Part shown: positions 44,104 to 54,800 of the stretch, piece after piece
How the letters are laid out: each line of letters opens with the position of its first letter
Numbering within the stretch: the first letter of the stretch is position 1
NCBI GenBank assembly: GCA_002269645.1
Contig: NIVC01000103.1
Location: 434,001 to 498,000 of the forward strand
Source of the DNA: Macrostomum lignano
Lineage: Eukaryota
Direction of reading: 5' to 3'
Length of the DNA stretch: 64,000 nt
The notes under the pieces: model-generated
What the model saw: only the letters and a program-made list of their open reading frames with translations
Databases searched by the model: none
Told to the model about the DNA's origin: nothing
Translations under genes and position numbers: made by a program

Positions 44104-47018
44104 TCAAACAACGTCGCGAAAGTCCAGACAGGCGGTGAACAGCAGAGACTCGAAGCCGACTCCGGCCAGCTCTCCGATGCAGCGGCCAAACTCCTGGCCG
44201 TCCGCACCGTCCATCCACTGCCAGAACTGGCGCACGCCCGGCCACTGGCTGACGTACACTGACTTGCCCGGCTCGCCCAGCGGATTCAGAAACGGCTGGC
44301 CTCGGATTCGAGTCGCGCTGCCCGATTCCCCAGCTGAGGCCCTGACAACCAGGCGGCCTTCGTAGCGGTCCACAGCTGCCAGGCTGGCCTCCAGGCGAGT
44401 CTGCGGAGCCAATGGGAGCTGACAGCGTGTGTGGCAACCAATCCAATCCACACAGCACCCCAGTTTAACACACACACAGCACCCCAGTTTAACACACACA
44501 CAGCACCCCAGTTGACCACACACAGCACCCCAGTTTAACACACACAGCACCCCAGATTAACACACATAGCACCCCAGTTTAACACACACACAGCACCCCA
44601 GTTTAACACACACACAGCACCCCAGTTTAACACACACACAGCACCCCAGTTTAACACACACAGCACCCCAGTTTAACACACACAGCACCCCAGTTTAACA
44701 CACACACAGCACCCCAGTTTAACACACACACAGCACCCCAGTTTAACACACACACAGCACCCCAGTTTAACACACACACAGCACCCCAGTTTAACACACA
44801 CACAGCACCCCAGTTTAACACACACAGCACCCCAGTTCAACACACAGCACCAGTTCAACACACAGCCCCAGTTTAACACACAGCCCCAGTTCAACACACA
44901 GCACCAGTTCAACACACAGCACCAGTTCAACACACAGCACCAGTTCAACACACAGCACCAGTTCAACACACAGCACCAGTTCAACACACAGCACCAGTTC
45001 AACACACAGCACCAGTTCAACACACAGCACCAGTTCAACACACAGCACCAGTTCAACACACAGCACCAGTTCAACACACAGCACCAGTTCAACACACAGC
45101 ACCAGTTCAACACACAGCCCCAGTTCAACACACAGCACCAGTTCAACACACAGCCCCAGTTCAACACACAGCACCAGTTCAACACACAGCACCAGTTCAA
45201 CACACAGCACCAGTTCAACACACAGCACCAGTTCAACACACAGCACCAGTTCAACACACAGCACCAGTTCAACACACAGCACCAGTTCAACACACAGCAC
45301 CAGTTCAACACACAGCACCAGTTCAACACACAGCCCCAGTTCAACACACAGCCCCAGTTCAACACACAGCCCCAGTTCAACACACAGCCCCAGTTCAACA
45401 CACAGCACCAGTTCAACACACAGCACCAGTTCAACACACAGCCCCAGTTCAACACACAGCACCAGTTCAACACACAGCACCAGTTCAACACACAGCACCA
45501 GTTTAACACACAGCCCCAGTTCAACACACTCTGCACCCGAGTTAAAGACTAAATTCGCACCTGCAGCTCACTAATCTCAGCCTCAGCCAGCTGCAGAGCC
45601 TCAGCCGTCATGTCCATGCCCTCAGGCTTGGCGGCGTGGACTCGCACATGCACCAGATGGAAGACGCACATGCTGCTAATCAGTTTCCTGGGTTCAATGG
45701 GGCTGGGCATCACGGATCTGTCAGGTGAGTGCAGCGACAGGCACCACACATCGAAGCGGCCGCCGAGAAATTCTTTGTTGCTGAAGTGCCGCTCGTCGGT
45801 GACAAATCGATAGGCCTGCTCGGTGCTGGCGAAGCGCAGCAGCCCGACTGACTGCACCGGGTCCGGGGCGTCCGTCTTCACGTTGAACACCTGCGGTTGA
45901 CGGCGGCAATGCGGACGAACCCCCGTCTGCTCTCTTGTAACACTCTTCTCTAACAGGTGAAAATCTAACAGGCAACACTCACATCAAACAGGTGACAATC
46001 CTGTCTAACAGGTGACACTCCTGTCTAACAGATGACACTCCTGTCTAATAGGTGACAATCCTGTCTAACAGGTGACACTCCTGTCTAACAGGTGACACTC
46101 CTGTCTAACAGTTGACACTCCTGACTAACAGGTGACAATCTTGTCTAACAGGTGACACTCCTGACTAACAGGTGACAATCCTGTCTAACAGGTGACAATC
46201 CTGTCTAACAGGTGACAATCTTGTCTAACAGGTGACACTCCTGTCTAACAGGTGACACTCCTGTCTAACAGGTGACACTCCTGACTAACAGGTGACACTC
46301 CTGTCTAACAGGTGACACTCCTGTCTAACAGGTGACACTCCTGTCTAACAGGTGACACTCCTGACTAACAGGTGACACTCCTGACTAACAGGTGACACTC
46401 CTGACTAACAGGTGACACTCCTGACTAACAGGTGACAATTCTGTCTAACTTGTGACTCCTGACTAACAGGTGACAATCTTGTCTAACAGGTAAGATACTG
46501 AACCTTTGTGAGCCTCTATCAATCAATCGACAATCAAAGCATCATCGCCAGGTAAAAGGCGTACTTTACAAACCCCTCTGTCTAATCTACTAGCTCATAC
46601 CTTGGTTGCTATGCCGCAGTAGTCGCCGTTGACAACTGCCAGCCGGGTTGAGCAGGATATGATGAAGTTTCGCAGCACCCTGCAGTGAGGCTTAGTGAAC
46701 CGAATCAGAAGGTAGCAGGGCCGCTTCCTCACTGGGTAAAGCGCCCTTCCTAGCAGGGTTGGGTCATTGATGTTTTGTCAGGTTTTATGGGACTGGTTGT
46801 GCAGCAGATTTGGGAACAATCAATTTATAGGATGAAATAAATTTACCCGTTTCAGTGAGAAAGATGTCTGAAAGCGCCGAGGCTGAGGGTCGCCTGGTCG
46901 AATTCTCTGAGGCAGTACTGCTTGGCGCACTCGAGTCCTCGGCGGCCGGGTATATTCTCGGGCAGTTTCTGTAGCACAGCTCCGGTGGTGCGTCCGCGTA
47001 GTTCACCGGACCGAACAT
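44104..47018 (-). CDS. Protein with two tandem DUF1330-like (dimeric alpha-beta barrel) repeats; exons 47018-46847, 46731-46601, 45890-45561, 44418-44104
   Basis: Phase-consistent GT-AG junctions (172/131/330/315 nt); repeat 1 PCYLLIRF...LAVVNGDYCG...VGLLRFASTEQAYRF, repeat 2 VFHLVHVRV...VDRYEGRLVVR...VYVSQWPGVRQFWQW; the fold call is pattern-based. Confidence 0.65.
44450..45530. repeat. Intronic minisatellite, 18-23-bp unit (AACACACAGCACCAGTTC)
   Basis: Direct tandem copies. Confidence 0.97.
45950..46490. repeat. Intronic minisatellite, 20-bp unit (AACAGGTGACACTCCTGTCT)
   Basis: Direct tandem copies. Confidence 0.97.
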
Positions 47019-47314
47019 GATGGCACGGAGCGGATTAACGCTTGGGATGGCCGAGCACTGTGGAACTGATGCTGCAAAGCACTGCTCAGCTTCAGTCTTA
47101 TGATGACAGAACTTGGCTGGCAAGCAACTGCCATAGACAAATTGCCATAGGCAGATCGCTAGTCAAGCATTGCAAGTTAAGCAGGTTAAGCCTGCTTTAG
47201 TTGGCGGGTAGAACGAGTCCATTAGAGTCTAATCAGTCAATTACAGAAAGCACTGGGTAGCGTGCTGCTGGTTCGTTGCTGAGATCGCCCACCCAGCTGT
47301 CCCGGCTGCTATTG

Positions 47315-47382
47315 GCTGCCATTTTTCACTCCCCTCTTCAATTGAGCCCAACAAACTCATGGCTCGTCGCCAGTGTAAAGAT
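47315..47382 (-). mobile_element. Short fragment (LTR end + PBS + gag start) of the same Gypsy family as 54055-57976
   Basis: The reverse complement reads TCTTTACACTGGCGACGAGCCATGAGTTTGTTGGGCTCAATTGAAGAGGGGAGTGAAAAATGGCAGC, near-identical to ~54326-54401 apart from a small deletion. Confidence 0.85.
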
Positions 47383-48886
47383 TTCCCTTTGGCGTTGATT
47401 CTGTTACCTGAAGAGTCTTCGTGGCGCTGCAATGGTTGTCACCTCACGGCTTGTTATTGTCGAGCTCGAGCTCACAGTCACTTCAATCACCCCAATCGAT
47501 TCAATCAACATTAATCACTTCAATATCTCCAGGCACTGCAAATGCTCCTCACTATAGATTTCTATCCGTTGATTTACAATGTACATGTAGATAAAAAAGC
47601 ATTCAATTTTAACACAATTTTCTTCTGTTTAAGAATTCAGAGTATTAATAATTAAAGAAAACACAATAAATAAAATTTGAAACACAAGTGCAATTCCAAT
47701 GCCCATGCAAACTGCATTGGCTGCATCTTAGGTTTTTTAAATTACTTTTTTATTGGAACGATTGCAAGTAATAGCAATCGATAAAAATAATTGTTAATAC
47801 ATGTAGTTTAGATTAATAATTAGCGTTAAATAGTAACGTTATAGCTGAAAACTTGAGTAAGTGTATTTATTATACGAGTATATAGAACGAACTTTTCTCA
47901 GTCTCTAAGTAAAACAGACAAAGAAGACAAAAAAATTTTATGCACCGCGTACGTAAGAATTGAATCCTACGCACCTACTATAATTAAGTCACTTAGAATA
48001 TTGCTTATATCTTTTATATACGTTAGCACTATTCTTCAGACATCGTGGCTTAGTAGATATAAAGCATTGGTATAACGATATAAAAAATTTTGCGCCCGCC
48101 CGTTATTTTCATTTTTAGGGATTTTATCGGTTGTGTAAATTATTCCGTAAAATCTTTTTGACTTTGTTTTTATGAAGCATGCATTTTTCAATAACTATGA
48201 TATACAAAAAATCTTAAAAGTATTTTATATACATAATAATACATAATAATCGTATTAATTTATTGTATTATTGGTATAATTTATACTATAATCATATATT
48301 TATACATAACTAATTCACGATCTTATTTCAACTTCATAGGATAGCAAATTAATGATTAAAATTCCGCGTACTCAAAACATAGAAAACCGATGAGTAGCTA
48401 ATTAATATTCACCTAAAACTATTTGACAAAAATTATCATATCGAATAGTAAGGTAATGAAAATGATTGGTGAGTAAATTATCGAACAAATTTTTTTAAAG
48501 ATCAGAAATCGAATAACTTTAAAAACTGTTTTTTCATTTGATCTTCGCCTTAAAATGCATCAGCGAGAAACTGATGAACGTTTGCCAATGTCACTGCATT
48601 TTGGTCACTGAATTGAAACGTGTTTTAATTCAGGTTTGTTTCATAAACTTGTATATGTAGTACGACCTGTTACTCAAAACAACAAAAGTTATAGTGCTGA
48701 GCAATGAAAATATTTTTTGCCTCACAAATGCACTTCAAGGCGAGCATTGAAATTGCAAGAAAAAGAGTTAAACTTTCCCAAAACTGCAATGGTAAATATT
48801 TGAATGCGCATGAAAATGTATAATTGGCTACCAAAAATCGCCTACAAGTTTTGTAAAACACATACATGTATAAATTTGTCCGTGGG

Positions 48887-51800
48887 TCACTGCTTGAACT
48901 TGTTTTTAGTGAAGATGCGGTACATTGGCATAATCTGGTCTGGGTGAGCGATGATCAGCATTCGGCAGTGCTCACCTGCAGATTGCCTCACTCGAATGCT
49001 GTCGTAGCTGCTGGAGCTCCTACGCGCCTGATGATCCACCTCCTTGCCAAGCAGCAGCTTGCACAGTAACAGCGCGTCTCCATACTTTTCTGACTCATCC
49101 GTGAACTCAGAGAAGTAGATTCCCGGCCCGTAAGCCTCTCGGATGCATTTCTGTCTGCTGAAGTTCTCCCGGAAGATGGCTTCCGCGTTGGCCCGACTCG
49201 TGCCGTGAAATGCGAGCACGTACCTGCTGGACTCGTTGTCTCCGTACTTTGATGCGAACTCCTTCTGCTTGGCCTCAAACTTGGCCTCCAGACTGGGATT
49301 TCGATTCACCCATACCTCCGTGATTTCGCCGAAGCGGCTGATGATACCGTCGTCTCTGTTGTACTCGGCCTGAACCACCGCGAGGTGCAGGGTGTTCTCA
49401 GCACTGTTATCGCTCTTGTAGCGACTTGGAGAGATTTTCACGATGCCCGAGGTACCGAGCGACGTTGGACGCGGAATCCCTGGCAAAGTCCAAAGGTCGT
49501 CATAGTGCACGATGTACTTTGGCAGCGCTTGTCGGACATCGAACACAACGTACTCATCGAAGAGGACGCCGTCGCTAGTCTTGCCGTCGTTAGTCTTGCT
49601 GCCGCGAGGTGCAAACAGCGAGTCGAAGCCTTCTTTCTTCAGTTGCTGGTAGGACTTGTACTCCTGAGTTGCCTTCGTCACAGTTTTTGATCGGCCAATG
49701 ATTACCGAGCACAAAAGCAGCATGTTTGAGCCCTTGGTGTACTTACGCTGACTACTCTTTGAAGAGTCTGTGGCAAAGTAGATCCCTGCACCGTACATCC
49801 CAGTTTTCTCAGGAAGCTTAAAACCTTCATTGATAATTTTCTCAAGAGCCTCAGCCGTCGTTCCGTGAAACTTGTCCTCAACCCTTGAAGGGTCGATCGC
49901 GAAAGCTTTAAACTCCAGATGACTTTTGAGCAGTAGCGGATTATAAATCTTTTCAATTCGAGTAACCTTTGCGTTCCAACCATGCTGAGGCTGGACAAAC
50001 TTCATCACTCTGTCATGAACATCTAAGTACTCCGAGGCGTCATCAGTCGGGTCTAGAGGTGTCCGTGTCACAGTCTGTGTGCTCTGTGATGCCAGATTTT
50101 TTAGTTCTTGTCGTACACTTTCTCTAATAGTTTGTAAAGCCTTCAGTCTTGTTGCCCTTTCTACGCCATCTCTGACGATTTTGCATATTTTACACTTTTC
50201 TGGAGAGCACGGCTCCCAGCATTGCAACTGACAGATGTGTCCGCATCCTTCAATCTGCCTTCCACAAGCGTAAGTGCACCGAACACTCTGTTCAGATTGA
50301 TGGCATTCGCGCTCCATCTGGTGTCCGCAGGATTGCTTAGTGAATTTCACCTTCACAAGACACCTGACGGTACTGCAGTTGGTGCTGCAAATAGCAGTAC
50401 ATCGATGACCGCACTGCGGCAGATTGCGCTCACACTTCTCTTTGCATTGCAGTTCCAGTTGCCTGCCGTCAGGGCGCTTCAGCTCAAAACACTTGCGATT
50501 AATTGTGTGACCGCATTCAGGAAAAGTAAAGCTTTCCTCGGCTAGGCATGGCCTTACGGTACAGATGTCGGAGCACTTACCTGTGCACGGGTGCCCACAT
50601 GGGCGGGTGCGGCTACAGGCCAGGTTACACTTCATTGCGTCCCTGTTGTCAAAACACATCGTGTTTATGCTGTGATTGCATTCGAATTTCAATGGAACTA
50701 TCGTCTGGCACTTGAATGACAAGCACACCTCGTGACACTTCAGTGGACAGGTCCCGTGACCGCAAGGCAGAGGTCTCTCACAGGGCACATTGCACTTGTA
50801 GAATCCCTCGGGCTTGCCACACTGTTTCTGCTTCGAGTGTCCACAATCAGGAAACGTATAGGACACCATCACTGAGCATGGAACCTCAAATATGTCTTGG
50901 TGACAAAATCTTGTTCCTTCATGATCGCAATCAGGATACTTGAAATTTACAGCACTTTTGCACTTAAAATGCTCTGTTTCATGCTTCGGTTGACATGGCT
51001 TGGAGCATTTGTGAACTCGGCACGGCATGAGGTGAGCACAGATCTGCTCGCAGAACGAAGATTGCAGAGGCACCTGATCCACGTCTGAAGCCAAAACGAC
51101 AGTTTCGGAATGGTCAGGGCACCTTAGGGAAATCGTAGGGCCCAAGCAGTTCTGCAGCCGCATGGCATCGATCAGAGGTCTCCAATTAGTTCCGTTCTTG
51201 CTTTTGTAGATACAGTCAGCGTTGCCTACGAACACCATCGCGAGTCGAGCTCTCGACTGAGCAACGCACCGTCGATTGAGAGTCTTAAGAAAGCCGATGT
51301 TGCTGGCGGGATTCGATCGGACCAGCGACACAATCACAACGTCGTTTTCGTCACCTTGGTACAGATCGATCGTGTGCACCTTCACGTGCATGGAGTTTTC
51401 AGAACATCTGGCATCTAATTCTTCTTCACAGTGCGATTGCCTCTGCGGACAGAAGTCAGAGAGAGCTTCCTTCATTGAGCGTCTTACAAGACTCATCTGC
51501 CTCTTGTAAGCGCAAAGAATCGTGATCCTGTCTGGAGAGCAACCCTGATCCACGAGAAACATCGCCAGTCGAACGCATCTTTTAGCTTCTTCTGTGTTGA
51601 TCGCACCATGCCGTCCGGGCTCCTGTGTCTCCGGCTCGTTGTGCGTCCAGAAAAACATTGACTGGACGAGACAAGCGGGTTTCAATACGCGATCAACTAC
51701 ACTGGTATTGTCTCGCAGATTGGGATAAATATCCCTTAATAGGAGACTAAATTCTGGTCTCATGCGATTCTGCAGTTCGAGCTGATCGAACTTGATGCCG

Positions 51801-54800
51801 TTATTGATGAGCCGCTCCATCATTGACAGGTCCAGGTGGTAGTCCTTGGCCAGAATGTGGCTTTCAGTCTGCGGCTTTAACTGTTTGTGATCGCCTATGA
51901 GAATCAGCTGCTCCGTGTGCGGCCCGAGACAGCCCAGGAGCTGCGGCTCGCTCACCTCGGCCGCCTCCTCCAGGATGACCACCGCGGGTTTGACTGCATC
52001 TAACAGCTCCTTATTGATGGAGGCTCCAGTGACGGTCATTCCAATGACCCGCATCGTGGAGAGAAGGCTGGCATCAGCTTCAATGTTTATCCTCTCCAGC
52101 TCAGCTTCCAGATTCATGATTTTGTCAACGAGCAGCTCGATCGTCTTCTTTGTGTCGTTGCAAACCTTATTGAGGGCGCATTGATAAAACAGCCACTGCT
52201 CCGTTGAATCCAGTCGCGTTGGAGGCCTTGAAAGAAGTCGTTGTATGAAGTCGGTCTGGCTGAACTGTCCAATGCTGCTATCCAGGTACAGCTCAGACTG
52301 CCTGATGAAGCGAGCATCGAAGCGCATGTCATTGCCCGTACTGTGATCATCGCCTTGAGCAGTCATCCCCAAATGCTCCTCGCGCTCCCGGATCTCCTCA
52401 CTATCGTCCTCATCGTTTGCTGCGTTTCCAGGTTCGTTGCCTTCGAGATTTGGTTTGGAACTGCAGTCCTGTACTTTTTTCAAACGAAACCGCACCTTTG
52501 ATTTGCACGGTTTCCGCTCCATCAGTTGATGGTTCAGGTTAGAGAAGCAAGATCTGAGGCAAACTTTGAACAACTCTTTGTTTTCTTCAGAACAGTTTAT
52601 TTCCTTGTAAAGTTCGTTGGGCTGAATCGACTGAAGACGCCAACGAGCATTGCGAACATAGTAGTCGCCAGCATTTTTCCGACAGTGCACAATTTCACAC
52701 AGCTGCCCATAGTCGCACGCATTCAGTATTGCTGCTTCGGGCGACTCAAACACTGTGTCCAGAAACTCCAGACAATTCTGCAACTCCCTCCAAGTCGCGC
52801 GCAGCTCGTCAAGCAAGCCGTGTACTGGCCTGTGTACTTTATTGGTATTCTTCAGCGTTCGCAGGCTAATGTTGTCCAGTCGATAGTCTTGCGATCGACC
52901 TCCGACTCGCACCATGTGGTCACCATACTCCGGAAGCAGTTTGGTCAGAAACTCGTCCAACGCATGATTCTTGTAGCAGAGCACTAGCAGCGGTTTACCC
53001 TTGAGAGTGTCCAACTTCAGCAGCTGCTTAGCGATGAGAATTCCCAGCAGAGTCTTGCCAGTGCCTGGTGGTCCTTGGCAGACGTACACCTTCCTGTGCA
53101 GCGCGTTGGCAAATGCCTCTGTCTGGCAGTGGTCCAGAGAAAACCCATCAGAATGCTTGATGAATGGCAATTGTTTCTTTGGTGCGTCTGGCGAGCTTAT
53201 TTCACTGTCTAGCTGATCACTGTCTAGCTGATCACTGTCTAGCTGATCACTGTCTAGCTGATCACTGTCTAGCTGATCACTGTCTAGCTGATCACTGTCT
53301 AGCTGATCAATGTCTAGCTGATCACTGTTGTAATACCTGGTCACAAAGTCGGGTTGTATGCTGGCAGACTCAACCTTTGCGTAGGCGAGCACATCGGAGA
53401 AGGGCACACTGTCGGCTGACAGACTCTTCAGGCTCGCCAGGACCGGCTGGAAAGATTTGTACATTGTCGGCGACTCCAGCATCAGCATTCCCGATGAGGC
53501 GGCCGTCGAGTTCACCAGCATGCTGACGAGGGCCTCTCCAACGGACACTCCGGACCCGTCTGGCCTGCACGGTTGGATCCAGACCAGCCGCTCCTTCTTG
53601 TTCAGCTCTTCCTGTCGCTTTTCGACTACGATGGCCCAGAAGTGCTTAGTGAACTTTTCGTCCAGCGACAGGCAGAGGAGGTTGCCGTGCATCAGACGAG
53701 ACGATTTGGACCAGTCGGAGGGTCCCTTGTCGCTGGCCGGTAGGTCGAAGGTGATCGCGATGCGAAGCGCAGCGCCTCTGGTGACAGCTTTCACCGCGAC
53801 TACCTTGACATTTAGGTAGAGGCGAATGCCCGCGTCATCGGACAGCCGGCCGGACTTCACCTGCTCCATGCAGCTGTGGAACGTGTCGAAGCAGTCCGCT
53901 CGCAGAAGACTGGAACGAGAAATTGAGTTTATTGGCAATGAATTGCTTGAATGATTAAAGACCGGGAAAAGTTTTAAAGAGAAATTTCAGTGTCTGCATT
54001 GGAGTCTCCGCTTTGCCGAAATTCTGGTAAACTCTGGTAAACTAGAAAACTTCCTGTGGTGACTTGGCTGGGTTGATTTTTGTTAGTGATGTTAGCTTGT
54101 ACTTTATTCAGTGTTTGGGGGTGGTGTTTTTACCTGTTTCGCTCTGTGCGCCTTTCTACAATATCTTGATGTACTCTCTTACTCATGTACGTTCTTCAAT
54201 CTGGCTACTTTTGTTCTCCACCCCTAAGCCTTATCCACTAAACGTATCGTGCTCAATACTTACAATAAAAATCGCAGTGGCTTGCCTCGTATCAAGCTTA
54301 TATCGTTCTACAGTCTAAAGTGAAGTCTTTACACTGGCGACGAGCCATGAGCTTGTTGGGCTCAATTGAACCCTTTGAAGAGGGGAGTGAAAAATGGCAG
54401 CAGTATCAAGCCAGATTGGAGCAGTTCTTCGAGGCGAACGACATCAGACCTGAAAAGCAGCGTGCGGTTCTTCTGAGCGTCTGCGGCAGGAAGACCTACC
54501 AGCTGATCGCCAGCCTGCTGTCTCCGCAAGAGCCGGCCAAGTCTGACTACGCTACGATCTGCGAAAAGTTAAAAGATCATTTTGATCCTGCACCGCCCGA
54601 GATTGTGCTCCGTTTCCGGTTTTACAGCCGCGGCCGTCAGCCTGGCGAAACCATCGCCGACTTTCTCGCCGAGCTGCGCAGATTGGCGCAGGATTGCAAC
54701 TTCGGTGACAGCCTGAGTGCCATGCTCAGAGACCGCCTCGTGCTCGGCATTAATGACGACACCATCCAGCGGAGACTGCTGTCAGAGAAAAATTTGACGC

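Noticed and set aside
44673-45536. VLNWCC / VELVLC repeat ORFs
   Set aside because: 18-bp intronic minisatellite
54064-54318. Hydrophobic 84-117-aa ORFs duplicated at 57608-57961
   Set aside because: Translations of the two LTRs, not an env or host gene
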